A DNA stretch of 64,000 nucleotides from Camelus dromedarius. Lineage: Eukaryota. The stretch covers positions 92,382,001 to 92,446,000 of the forward strand of contig NC_087437.1 of assembly GCF_036321535.1 (NCBI RefSeq), given 5' to 3'. Below are positions 1-13,368 of the stretch, one piece after another (the first letter of the stretch is position 1; every line of letters begins with the position of its first letter). The notes below the pieces were generated by a model. It did no database searches, was not told the origin of the DNA, and worked only from the letters and a program-made list of their open reading frames with translations. The position numbers were made by a program, and so were the translations under genes.

Positions 1-30
1 ACAGACACTGAGGTGGGACTAAAGAATACT

Positions 31-112
31 CTTCTCTGTGATTCAGTTTCCATATCTGTAAAATTTAGACTGTATTGCTTGAATGCTAAAATTCTTTCAA
101 GATTTTGATATA
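31..112 (+). mobile_element. MIR/MIR3 SINE fragment
   Basis: Core-SINE motif ctctgtg-attcagtttcc-atatctgtaaaat followed by a MIR3-like tail. Confidence 0.5.
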
Positions 113-170
113 TAGAAATCTCTACTTAATTAGACTTGATTGGAATCATCATTTTAAAACATATACAGAA

Positions 171-1640
171 ATAAATTCACAGACCTATGGTCAATTAATC
201 TTCAACAAAGGAGGCAAGAATATACAATGGAGAAAAGTCTCTTGAGAAAGCGGTGTTAGGAACACTGGAGATCCACATCAAACAAAGTTAAAAATCAACA
301 AAGTTAGAACACTCCCTCACACCATACACAAAAATAAACCCAAAATGGCTTAAAGACTTAATTATAAAACAAGTCACTATAAACCTCCTAAAAGAAAACA
401 TAGGCAAAACATTCTCTGACATAAATCTTAGCAATGTTCAACTAGGGCAGTAGAAATTAAAGCAAAAATTAACAAATAGGAATTAATTAAACTTACAAGC
501 TTTTGCACAGTGAAGAAAACTATAAGCAAAACAAAATGGCAACCTACAGAATGGGAGAAAATATTTGCAAATGATGTACCTGAGACAGGTTTAATTTCCA
601 GAATATATAAATAGCTCATACAACTTGAAAACAAAACAAAACAAACAAGCAAAACAACCCAGTTCAAAAATGGGCAGAAGACCTAAACAAGCAATTCTCC
701 AATGAAGACATACAAATGGCCAATAGGCACAGGAAAAAATGCTCAATATAACTAATTATCAGAGAAATGTAAATCAAAACTACAATGAGGTATCCCCTCA
801 TACCAGTTAGCACGGCCATCATGAAAAAGTCCAAAAATGATAAATGCTGGAGAGGGTGTGGAGAAAAGGGAACCCTCCTACACTGCTAGTGGGAATGTAG
901 TTTGGTGTATCCATTATGGAAAACAGTATGGAGATTCCTCAACAAACTAAAATTAAACTTAATATATGAGCCAGCAATCCCACTCCTGGGCATGTATCCA
1001 GAGGGAACTCTAATTGGAAAAGATACATGCACCCCAGTGCTCACAGCAGCACTATTTAAAATAGCCAAGACATAGAAGCAACCTAAGTGTCCATTGACAG
1101 ATGACTGGACAAAGAAGCTGTGTATTTATACAATGGAATACTACTCAGCCATAAAAAATGCCATTTACAGCAACATAGATGGACGTGGAGATCATTATAA
1201 ATGAAGTAAGCTAGAAAGAGGAAGAAAAATACCATATGATATCACTCATATATGGAATCTAAAAAGAAAAAAGAAAAAATAGGATACCAATGAACTCATC
1301 TACAAAACAGAAACAGACTTGTAGACATAGTAAACAATCTTATGGTTACCAAGGAAAGGCAGTGGGAAGGGATAAACTTGGGCGTTAGAGTTTTGCAAAT
1401 GATAACCACTATATATAAAAACAGATTAAAAATTAATTTATTTTGTATAGCATAGGGAACTGTATTCAAGATCTTATAATAACCTTTAATTAAAAAGAAT
1501 ATGAAAACAAGTATATATATATTATATATATATAATATATATATACACACACACACATATGCATAACTGGGAGATTATGCTGTACACCAGAAATTGACAT
1601 GTTGCACACTGTAACTGACCACACTTAAATAAAAAAAAAA
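171..1640 (+). mobile_element. 5'-truncated lineage-specific LINE-1 (3' part of ORF2, disrupted, plus 3'UTR and poly-A)
   Basis: ORF2 motifs visible, including the Cys-rich region (aaatgctggagagggtgtggagaaaagggaaccctcctacactg). AATAAA and A-tail at 1628-1640. 15-bp TSD AAAACATATACAGAA at 156-170 and 1651-1665, at a TT/AAAA endonuclease site. Confidence 0.95.
1512..1560. repeat. (TA)n(CA)n compound microsatellite inside the L1 3'UTR
   Basis: Directly visible. Confidence 0.9.
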
Positions 1641-1787
1641 GTGCATAGATAAAACATATACAGAATATTTTTTGTATTGGATAACAGAAGTTGAATTATT
1701 TTTATTATAAATTAATGCTTAAGATGAATGGGTTATTTTAAGGGCCTTCTGCTAAGACTGTGCCAAGGGTACCAGTTACTACACAAA

Positions 1788-1930
1788 GCAGTATAGTATA
1801 AAGACACCTCTTTGGATTCTCACAGACCCGGGCTTCAGTCCCTGCTCTGAGCCTCATCACTAAGGATTAAGAAGATTAAAAAGGAGTTCAGAAGTAAAAT
1901 GCAAAACATGGCAATCAACACTTAAGTTAT
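1788..1930 (+). mobile_element. Degenerate MIR fragment
   Basis: cagacccgggcttcagtccctgctctg (tRNA-like head) and taaggattaa...gtaaaatgc tail motifs; middle deleted. Confidence 0.4.
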
Positions 1931-2589
1931 AAAAAGAAAAAAAAAAGAGAGAGAAAAAAATTTCATCTCTCCCTCTTTCCCACTTCTCTGCCTCTTCACA
2001 TTGTTTCCTAGTTTTCACCCTAAGTGCATTTTCTGTGTTCACCTACAATGGCAACTCTTGAAGAAATGTTTTTGATTTTATTTCTCCCTCCTCATCAGTA
2101 TTTACTTTAAGGAATGAATCTGTTGAAAGAAAGATTATTGGCCTTATGATATATCTCTCAGTCTGGCCATTGTGTCCATATTTTCCATCCTGTCCAAATT
2201 TTCAGATCTGAAATTTATTAAATACTTATTAAATAACAGACACTGAATTCCTTTGAAATGAGAATGAGAGAGCAAGAGACAGAGAGAATATGAACTGACC
2301 CACAGATTTTCTTCACAAATTGTTACCTAATCATTTTTAAGAGTATTTCTTAAAACAAAATCACACCATAAGTATCATATTATTATCCTATAACGTTCAT
2401 TTAACACTTTATGGCAACTTATCTTCCTATATCATTAAACATTTTGAAAGCATACTTATTGATTATGAATAAATGCTATAATTAAATTTTGTGCTGTAGT
2501 TTTATTAATAAATATCCTTTTGCTATAATATAATAAATATATATATAGTCTAGAAGGCTTAAGCTCTCTATAATTTGGGGTTTTTTTTT

Positions 2590-3100
2590 TTTGTTTTTTG
2601 GTTATTGCAAAGAAAATTGTCACAAATATTCTTACAAATAGATTCTGATTATGTTCTTAGTATAGAGCCATGGAAGAAAAATTTTCAAGTTGAAGGCCAT
2701 GAATATTTCTAAACATTTTTACAAATAATATCACATTCCTGTAAAAAATGTATAAATCAATAGAAAGTCATCCACAGATTAGGAAAAGTGGTTTTACCAC
2801 TCCCTCTTCCACAACTGATGTTTGCATTTAATTCAACTGGAACATAAATAAATAGGTGTAAAAAATTTTGCATTTTTTTATTTTAAGTAATTTGTTCATT
2901 TTTTTGTCCTTATTTCCACAAAAGAATTTTCACTGCTTAATGATATATAAGATCATTTTATTAATCATATACCTTTGTCCATATATGTTTCACATATTTA
3001 TTTCTAGTTTGTCATCAGTGTTGTAAATTAATTTTGATGCTTAATGTTTCATATTGAGGCATGTGAAAAAATATACATAGGCAACTACTTTTTAAGCTTT
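2590..3100 (-). mobile_element. Very old L1 (L1ME-like) fragment
   Basis: Degenerate antisense L1 3'-ORF2 phrasing. Confidence 0.3.
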
Positions 3101-3410
3101 CACCTAATCTTTCTTCTGTGTCTTTGACGCTAATTGATACTCATAAGCTATAGCTAAACAAAGACCCCAAATCACTAGTAGCAAATTAAACAGTTTGTCT
3201 TGGCCAACACACATTTAGTGAGCTTATCTGCAATATTAAAACTCAAAGATGAGATATAAATTTAATTTTATATCATCAAACTTGAAATTTCTTGCCTTGT
3301 AAATCGATAACCAAAAATGTTTTGTCAAAGTAATAAGTCCAGCTTTAGGCAATATAGAGATAAGTCCTTACTGACATCTTGTCCTAAAAAGATACCTACG
3401 ACTGTTACTA

Positions 3411-4411
3411 TTTTTTGAAGACTTTATTACTTTAGAAAAGTTTTAGTTTCTCAGTGAAACTGAGAGGAAAGGAAAGAGATTTCCTGTATAAAGGAAAGAG
3501 ATATCCTGTATATCCCAGCCCCAGCACATGCATAATTCTCCATTATCAACAGCTCCTACCAGAGTAGTACATTTGTTACAACTGATAAACCTAAATTGAC
3601 ACATTATAAAAGTCCATTTATGTTAGTGTTCACTTTTCATATTGTACACTCTGGGTTTGGACAAATGTATAATGACATGTTTCCATCATTATGATATCAT
3701 GCAGAGTATTTTCACTGCCCTAAAAATCCTCTGTACTCCACCTATTCAGTCCTCCTCTCTGCCCCAGACCATAAATCCCTGTCAACTACTGATCTTTTTA
3801 CTGTTTCCATAGTTTTGCCTTTTCCAAAATGTCATGTAGTTAAAATCATACAGTATGTAGCCTCTTCATATTGGCTTCTTTCATTTGCTAATATGCATTT
3901 AACGTTCTTCCATGTCTTTTCATTTCATGTTAGTGTTGAATAATATTCCATTGTCTGGATGTACCATATTTTTACTTATTTATCCATCCAATTGATTTAT
4001 CCATTTATCAACAGAAGAACATTTTGGTTGTTTCCAAGTTTTTTGCAATTATGAATAAACCGGCTGTAAACATCCAAGTGAAGAATTTTTCTTGGGTATT
4101 TCCTTTGGGTAAATACCTAGGAGCATGATTGCTTGACTGTAAGGTAAGAATATGTTTAGTTTTGTAAGAAACTACCAAATTGTCTTCCAAAGTGGTTGTT
4201 GCATTCTACGTTCCCACCAGCAATGTACGAAAGTTCCTGTTGTCCCCATCTTAGTCAGCACTTGGCACGGTCAGCATTCCAGACTTTGGTCATTCTAGTA
4301 GATGCATCTTACTGTCATTTTAAATTGCATTTCCCTGATAACATATGATGTGGAGTATCTTTTCATATGCTTTTTTTATCATCTGTGTATCTTCTTTGGT
4401 AGGTGTCTGTT
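3411..4411 (-). mobile_element. L1MC1-like LINE-1, 3'UTR and ORF2 C-terminus
   Basis: Antisense L1MC 3'UTR (ccagagtagtacatttgttacaactgataaacc; ggtttggacaaatgtataatgacatg). Similar in reverse complement to 27300-28269. ORF 4008..4190(-) contains FTWMFTAGLFIIAKN (ORF2 C-terminal motif). Confidence 0.9.
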
Positions 4412-6106
4412 ATATGATTATATTTTTCTCCTTTCTTAGCATATCAGTTATACTTCTTTTTAATTGTTTTTATTGGTTGCCCTCGATTTTGAAATACATA
4501 TTTACAACTAATCTAAGTCCTCTTTCGTATAACACTATATAGATTCATGGGTAGTGTGTGTACCTCATACAACAAAATAATCCTGATATCTCCCTTCAAT
4601 CCCTCACTCCCATCCCTTATAGCATCCTTGCCATTCATTTATAATCATGCATAAATATACATTATGTATATGATATATACTTAAGTTACATAATTGAATG
4701 TATTGTTACAATTATTATTTTGAGCAAACTGTTTTCTGTTAGATCAATGAAGAATAAGAAAAATAGAAGTTTTGGCTTTATATTCACTTTATCCTTCTTT
4801 GATAAAGTTCTTCCTTTCTTTATGGTAATCCAAGTTTCTATATTGTTTTCCTTCTTTCTAGAGCATTTCCTTTACTTGCAAGGCAGGTCTACTGGCAACA
4901 AATTCTCTCAGTTTTTATGTGTCTGAGAATCTTTATTTCTATTTCACTTTTGAAGGATAATTGCACAGAGTACACAATCCTAAATTGGTGGCTTTATTCT
5001 CACAACACATTAAATATTTCACTCCACTCTCTTCTTACTTGCATGATTGCTGAGGAGTCAAATGTAATTCTTACCTTTGTTTCTTTATAGGTAAAGTGTT
5101 TTTCCCCACTCTGGCTTCTTTTAAGATTTTTTCTTTGCCTTTGACTTCTATAGCTTGAAGGTTATATGCCTAGATGTTGATTTTGTTGTTGCTGGTATTT
5201 ATCCTGCTTAGTGTTCTCTGAGCTCCTTAAAGATTGGCATCTGACATTAATTTGGTGAAATTCTTAGTCACTATTGTTTTGAATGTTTCTTCTGTCCTTT
5301 CTCTCTTTCTTTCCCTTCTGTTATTTCCATTACGTGTCTTACACCTTTTGTAACTGTACCACAATTCTTGAATTTTCTCCTTAAATAAATATTTTTTGTT
5401 TTCTTTGCTTTTCAGTTTTGGAGGTTTGCATTGAGATATCTTCAAGCACCTCAATTCCTTCTTCAGCCATGTCTAGCTCACTGATGAGCCAAAGTCATAC
5501 TTCATTTGTATTGTAAAGCATTTTTAATCTCTGGCATTTCATTTTTTTTCCCTTAAGATTTGTAAATCCCTGCTTATATTACCCATCCATCTGTTCTTGC
5601 ATGTTGTCTACTTTATGCATTAGTGCCCTTGGGTTATTAATCACAGCTATTTTAAAAACTCAGTGTATATTTCCAACATCCCTGCCATGTCTGGTTCTGT
5701 TTGCTCTGCCTTTCAAATTTTATTTGAGTTCTAAAATTGTATTTAAATGCTAAAAAATGTGAAGGCTGCCCTATGACTTGGTCCCCCCAGAGTTCTTAAT
5801 TCTCAGGCTTTCCTGCACTGCGCCTCCAGCAATATGTCAATTACATTTCAGGTTTTCCTACCAGGATACTAGTTCCCTTGGCAATTTCCACTTTCCACTG
5901 TGTGTGTCTGCTCCAGGTAAGCTGTGACTCCCTACGTTCACCTGTCTTATCTCTCCAGTCTTGAGGACAGCAATTTGTCCTGTATTGACACCTCTCTTAT
6001 GGATTCAAAATGAGTTGCTGACTTTTCAGTTTGTTCATCTTTTTATTTGTTTGAATGGTGTTGCAACTTCCAAGCCACTTACATGTGGAACTGGAAACTG
6101 GAAGGC
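4412..6106 (-). mobile_element. L1MC/L1M4-like LINE-1 inter-ORF region, ORF1 remnant and 5' end
   Basis: ORF 5227..5454(-) KIQELWYSYKR...TEETFKTIVTKNFTKLMSDANL resembles L1 ORF1p. Ends with an L1M4-type 5' terminus (acttccaagccacttacatgtggaactggaaactggaag, antisense). Confidence 0.8.
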
Positions 6107-6539
6107 ACCGCTGTCTCTTTGTAAGCACAGGGTCAGTTAAAATCTTTATTTCCCAGGAGACACTTGATGTAGAGCGCACAATTCGCTTGTATCTTGGGCC
6201 TTCTGGCCAATACACTGCTTTGCAAAAATTAACTGAAACCTCTTTATACTAAGGAACTTGGTTTTCAGGTATTTACAAATAGATAAATATATATATGATA
6301 CTTTCATTACTTATATAAATAGAAAGAAATGTACAGTTTTTGGAAAAAAAATATGTGCTTAATAATTTATAAAAATATTTCCATGGAACTATCCACTTAG
6401 ATAATCTCTCTCTAAAACCAGGATTATTCAGATGATCACTTTCAGTTTTCCTTCCTTTTATTCTTCCTTTCTTCTTACAATCCATCCTTCCATTTAAAAA
6501 AATATTTATATGTCTTTTTGTGTATAGCATTTTTAGAGA

Positions 6540-6830
6540 TCTTGCTTTAGTTTTACCCTAATCATTTAAAAATGTTCCTCAGCACCATTTATTAAATAGA
6601 CGTTCATTGTGAGTAGTTTAATTCTAAACCTTATCTCGTATATAAGTTCTTTCTAATGTCCATTTATGGAGATTTTTGTCTGTGTAGCTTATCCTTTTTT
6701 TAGATATGCTATTTTTAAAATCATTCTAGTTATATTTTGTTTTTACAATATAGAAGAGTAAATGCCTCGATGTCTTTAAATTGGATTATTTTTAATACTC
6801 TATTTCTCCATATTAACTTTATATTACAGT
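6540..6830 (-). mobile_element. Old L1 ORF2 fragment (L1ME-like)
   Basis: cagcaccatttattaaatagac is a conserved antisense ORF2 motif; the rest is highly diverged. Confidence 0.4.
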
Positions 6831-8249
6831 TTACTACCCGAAATATCTTTCTATATTTCTAAAATTGTTCATTCATTTTGATTCACCATTTATTATTCAT
6901 TTCTCAAACTGTTTTACTGTGGTCAGAAATTTATTCACACAATTCTAGTTGGGAAAATAATGGCATTTCTTCACTTTACTGTGTATATTATGTTTCTAAA
7001 TATTACACTGATTCCTGAATATGTAAAATTCTTGGTTAGTTGTTGTATAATTAATTGTGCTATACCTCTATTTTTGCTTACTTTGTGTCCAAGATTCAAA
7101 AATTATATTAAAATTACATTCTACTGTGCTACTCCTCTAAATTTCTTCTTGTATTCCTTCAATTATTTTTATTAACCTGATAATGTTATTCATTATGAAG
7201 CCTTTATAATTCATATTCTCTTTATGAAATGCATTTTTCAATGTATAAAAATATTTTTGTAACATGCAAGACTTTTTGTTTTAAATTCCTCTAGTTTTAC
7301 TCTTTCATCTATTGCTTTGTGTTTTTATGCATTTGCTTCACTTCTCACTTTTAAAATCTTCTGTGCCTCTTTGATTTAGATGTATCATATTTTTCTCTAT
7401 TTGGTTTTGATTCTATTCGTCACTGAATAAGAGAATGTGAAGAAATGGGCTTTCAGGATTCTGGAAAACCACAAGCAGTGCATTTTTTCAAGATCAACTA
7501 GCCATGGATTCTGCTTCTTCCTCTGTGAAGACAACACAGCCTATTACGCCTGAATTTCTTTCAGGAAACATGACAGGATGATATAAACAATCCTTCAAAG
7601 GGAAGCACTTAGATATTTAGTATGAGACCTTCTAGAATCATATTTAAGTACCAAGAGTTCTGATAACAATTGAGATTTCCAGATGTGTGACAACTGCATG
7701 TCCTTGGCCTCACTTCAAGCCTGTGAAACCAAGGAGAACGCCCTGGTTTATGTTATATCTGCTTCTGTTCTATGTGGCCAAACTATTTCTCAAATAACAT
7801 ATTACTTTTAAATTAGAAACTATATAAATACACAACAGTGGGATATAATGGTTTTGTCATACCAGTCAGGAAACCAGAAATTTGTATTTTTTTGCATTTA
7901 CTAAAATTACTGAGATGTTTTGCTTTCATTCTGTTGTTTTATGTTCCCTTGTTGTCTCATGGATTGCATACATATTTTCATTTGGTTCTTGTCTTCTCCT
8001 CCTTACCCTCCCGTTTCCCTTCCTTCTCCTCTTCCTTCTCCTACTTCTCCTGCTTCTGCAAATCTAGTTTTTAATTTTAATAGTTTTCATTTGTGATTAT
8101 TTTTATTAACATCATAAATCAATAACAGTTACTGATAGCAGAAGGCCATTATATTGATTAGGAAGTAGTAAAAGTATAAATTTAATGTTGCCTCCAGTAA
8201 GACACAGGTACGTGTTATAACTTCTACCATAACATGTAAATGATAATAA

Positions 8250-9128
8250 TACAACTCAACATCAAAAAAATAAACAACTTGATAAAAATGGACAAAAGAC
8301 TTGAATAGGCATTCCTACAAACAAGATCTCAATGGCCAATGAGCACATGGGAAGATGCTTAACCTAACTTGTTGTTAGAAAAACATAAATCAAAACCACA
8401 ATGATATATTAATTCACAACCATTAAGATGGCTATTCTCAAAAAAAAAAAAAAGCAAACAAACAAAACACAGAAAATAACAAATACTGATGAAGATGTAA
8501 AGAAATTGGAACTCTTGTGTGTTGTAGCTGGGAATGTAAGATGCTGCAGCTGCTGTGGAAAATGACATTGTGGTTCCTAAAAAAATTAAACACAGAATTA
8601 CCATAAGACCCAGCAACTCCATTTCTGGATATATGCCAAAAAATAAAGCAAAGAAGAAAAGAGATACTTGTGTAGCCCTGTTCATAGCAGCATTATTCAC
8701 AATAGCCAAAAGGTTGAAGCAATCTAAGTTCCTATCCATGGATGAATGGATAAGCAAAAATATGGTGTATACATAAAGTAGAATATTATTCAGTCTGAAA
8801 AAGGAAGGAGATCCTGACATATGCTACAAAATAGGTGAAACTTGGAGACATTATTCTAAGTAATTACACTTATATGAAGTGCCTAGAGTTGTTAAATTCA
8901 CAGAGACAGAAAATAGATTGGAGATGCCCAGGGGCTAGAGAGAAAGGGAGGTTGAGAATTTCTGTTTCATGGATACAGAGTTTCAGTTTTGGATGAAAAA
9001 GTTCTGGCAATGGATGGTAGTGATAGACATACAAAAATATGAATGTCCTCAATGCCACCAAACTGTACACTTAAAATGGTTTAAAAATGTTCATTTTATA
9101 TTATGCATATTTTAACACAATAAAAAAT
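8250..9128 (+). mobile_element. L1MB-like LINE-1 3' fragment
   Basis: ORF 8555..8776 [30 protein letters not shown] is the ORF2 C-terminus. L1MB 3'UTR (aatgccaccaaactgtacacttaaaatgg...cacaataaaaa). Confidence 0.9.
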
Positions 9129-12100
9129 ATTTTTTGATATTTAGGTAGAGTTAGATAGATGGATGTAGGCTTTAGCCAAATTTCTGGTATTTGGCAAAAC
9201 TTTATTCTTACTTCTGGATGGAAAAAAATATTCTTGGTACTTTAGTCTTTTTTTCAGAAAGTATGGTGAAGAAATTAGGGGTTTTTTTTCTTTTTTTTTT
9301 TTTTAATGTAGTCTTTAGCCAATTCCTTATTGAAAAATCATGGATGAAATGTGCCAGCCACACAACGTAACACTTCTGTGGCTTCTCCTGGCCCAGACAC
9401 TTTCTATTCCAAACTTCACAACTCTGGATGCTTCATGCTCCTGTCTGCCAAAGGGCATGTGGCATTTATGCTAATTATAGTGGTAAAATGAATATTTAAA
9501 AGTTGAAATGGAGGGCACTGAGTGTCAAAATGCTCTTAATCACCTTAAGAAGAAGTTTTCCTGTTTTCTGTTGATACAGAGTCTGTTTCAGAAGCAAATT
9601 GTGGACAAGATTAGATTGTCCCCTGGTACCCTTCCAGCTATAGCTCATGCTCTCCGTCAGAGTTAAAATGTGTCTCTTTATCAGCTACATTGAATTCGTA
9701 GGATAATAATTTAGTTTGGGGTGTTGTAAGTTATTGTATTTTTCTAATACTTGTTGTATTTCTCAGTGGGGAGTTGTAAAGAGCTGAGTCATGAAATTTG
9801 TATACATTTGCTTCTTTCCTGATGCCTTTTATTTGAATCGATATTTAGTTTACAATTAAGCTATAAGGAACTGTCTAACATGATTTATAAAATAGCCAGT
9901 CTAAAACAAATACAATTTTATTTAAATCATTTATTCTTAGTACTTTTGATATTTACCTATCTTTAACCTTGTTTTCAGAATGCATGATACATGCCAGTAT
10001 ATTAGGAGGAATAACTGAAAATGAGTAAATTCCTGGGTTTAGGAAAAGATGAACATTTCTTATCTGTATATAGATGCACTGCATTTAAGGCATGATCATC
10101 ACAACTCTACTACTAACCCTTGAAAAAAAACTGACACAACCCTAGCTTTTCTGCAGGATTTTCTGCAGCTTTTTCTAGCATTTGAATGTTTTTAGCCTAT
10201 TAATAATACTTTGTGATTTTTAAAAAAGAAAACAGGTTTCACGTACCCAAATTATTTAGGTGGGAAAGCCATGTGTTTTCAATTACCCATGAAACTATGC
10301 CGTCCACACATGACTCCTCTTCTTACCATTATGATCCCGTATGTGGGACATAGTCTAATATTCTCCTCTATTCATATCTGTTTATTCTGTGTCCATTTCC
10401 CTTTGGGCAAACATTGTAATAAATTAATCCACTGCTAAATGGAAAAATTATAACAAAAGATTATTTGCTATCCTTTAGCGGCAGCATTTTAATGCTGTTG
10501 CAGGGTGTTTGTCTACTTATTTTCCTGATTTACAGTGATTTCATCCAGAGGAGTTAATCTTCTGATAGAAAGTTAAGGCAAACCCACTCACTCTGTCAAA
10601 CAGAGAGAATTGACATCCCTCGACTCACAGCGTATAGGTAGGTGCCATCATCTTGCTTCCTGCTCTGAAGCTTCCTTTTGGTGCAGAACAGCATTAATAT
10701 TCTCCTGGAAAAATAATTATTGTGCTCCACCAATACAACACACCAATGTGCCATCGTTACTATTCTGAGTCTGTAACAATACCTTGAACACCAGTAAGAA
10801 AGCTCACCTTCTCACACTGAGGAATGAATCACATTTGCTGTATAGAGGTGATTATCCTTTTCTATTTTTTGCTCCACTATCATTTAAGTCTAAGGCCATC
10901 ACATAGCCTCCCTGTCATTTTTACGTAGGAAATCCTCAGTGATAAGGCGACAGAGTTTGACAACCCATTTACCTCCCTGGTTACTATCACTCATTCTACT
11001 GAAGGCTCTGTCTTTATTGTGGAGATATGTAGGTAATTGCCTCTTTCTTGAAGATTTTGCGAGATAATCTTGCAGATGTTGGACAAAGATTCACAAATGA
11101 GACTCCTAGCCCTAACCACCTGCTCTTTCAATGTAACTTCAGAATGATCCTTATGTAAATACGACACTTATTTTTTAAAATTTTAATATTATACAATTAT
11201 GCAGACTAATGGATATGATCTTCACAAAAATTTGAAGAGCGCATACCCAGAACATTTGCAGTTCTAGATTTTTTAAAAAATCAGCAAGTTGTAAGAGAAC
11301 AGAAAATATTCACTTTGTCCTTATCATCATCATTTCCTAATAAGTTTACTCATGTGTTATAAAGCATGCAATTTCCAGCATTTTATTAGCTTTTCTTATT
11401 GTAAAGCTCTTGCCATATAGATTTGAAATGTACTTACTCTAGATAGAACGTAATTTCAGATGTATCTACATATTTATTATCTAAACATATTACTTAATAA
11501 TAAAACAGCCTCAAAGTAAAACTTAGAATATCTGTATTTCTATACCTAGATCTTTATTACTTGTCACACATTATATGATTATTCATATAAGAATTATAAC
11601 ATTTATGTTAGCTCATGGAATCTCAGATTCATTTGCATTTTCAACCCAGACTAATATTTTTAGCCTCCGTAATGAAAAATAATTGAACCAACTATTTGTT
11701 TGCCTGAATTAGCCGGTGATTTAGAATAACTGAATGTTAAAATAATCAAGTCAGCTGTGTAAAAACTAAACCTCACTGTTCAATAACTTGTAAATAAATT
11801 GAGAAAAAATTCTTGTCAAGAGACATGAAGTTCATATGGTTTGTTTTGGGGATTAGGGCTCAAAAATATTTCTTCACGCTGAGAAAGAAAGAAAGCAAAC
11901 TTCTACAAATGTGATTTAAAATGCTTATGATATTTGCATTTTCTTTGGTATATGTGTTTCATCTTTTAATTTTTTTAATTCCATGAAGGGAATATTACTA
12001 CACAATTATAGAGTTCTCATTCAGCTATCATCCTCTTTGAGAATTGTCCCTCACTTGATAAAACTGGCCCTAGTCTCCATATTTGAAAAGAAAATATATA

Positions 12101-13104
12101 AACACTTGTCTGTTACCACTCACATCCAATCACCCAACTAAAACTGATAGTGCAGAGACCAGAATCAAGAAAAGCCAATTCGATGTCTCTCCAAGCAAAT
12201 CAGAATTAGAATCCTGCTACTACCAAGTGGTAGGTCCCATGAGGGAGCAATCAGAAGGTAAAAATAATCTGGTGACGTTGAAAGTAATAGTGACGGTAAA
12301 AGGAGGGTCAAAAACTAAGTACAATAGAAGCAAAAACTATTATTATGAGACTATGCAGAGGAAAAGAAAAGGTAACCAGGGATTCAAACTTGCTGGTTCC
12401 TATTTCTTAGGTGTATTTCCATCCAGAAAATTACTTCCATTTTACAGTAAGCCATTAATTTTATATGCTAACTATTGTGCAAAAATATAAGTTTATTTAT
12501 TGCTCCATAATAATCTAACTGCTTAAATTCCATTTATGATAGCCATGATTTTTGACCACTTCTTGCTTAAATCGCCGTGTTGATTGAGTAATCATACATT
12601 CAATTCAGCATTTTCCTTCTAACTTTCTACCTGGTGGTGATTAAAAGTCAAGGCATACTGATGTGTTGCTTCAGTACTAAAAATGAAGCCTTTGGATCCC
12701 TCAGTCATTCTGGTTCTTCAAAGCTTTCCACTTGTGAAATCTTCATCTAACTCAAGTCAGGTAACCCTCCATACATACCTCTGCTTTCTTTCCAGCTCTG
12801 TAGTTCTTGAGTTAAACTTAACTGCTGATCTTTAAAACAGTGCTTTTGGATTTGTCTCAGAGTCTGGTCTTTGCAAATCCAAATCACTTTGGCTTTCAAG
12901 GCTATTGACTGCTATGATTTGCAAGAGGCTATATGCCATCTGGTTCTTAAAAATACCAGAATATCAGTCTTCTCTTAAAGTAGTGTTTATGGAATTTGGT
13001 GGTTGCTCCCAGAATCATTGACATAGTGGTAGCTTTGTGAGAGGATTAGGGACACTAAGAATGAATAGTATCTCAAAAACTTATCACAAAAAGTGTCTTT
13101 CAGT

Positions 13105-13368
13105 GGACACATATTATAAATTTGTCCAAATCCATTGAATGTACAATAACAAAAGTGAACTGTGTAAACTATAGACTCTGGGTTATGACCTGTCAATGTA
13201 GATCCATCAATTGTAACAAATGTACCACTCTGGTGGGAAATGTTGGTAAGGGGAAAAACTGCATGTTTGGGTGCAGAGGGGCAAGAGCTATACAGGAATT
13301 CTCTGTATTTTTTTCATTCAACTTTGCTGTGATTCAAAACTGCTCTAAAAAGTAAAGTCTACTAAAAG
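13105..13368 (+). mobile_element. L1MC1/2-like 3'UTR stub
   Basis: tgtaacaaatgtaccactctggtggg...caactttgctgtga...taaagtctactaaaa; similar to 28015-28269. Confidence 0.85.

Noticed and set aside
12083..12490. 135-aa ORF in non-repeat DNA
   Set aside because: TTG start, no recognisable domain, no convincing splice boundaries; compatible with chance
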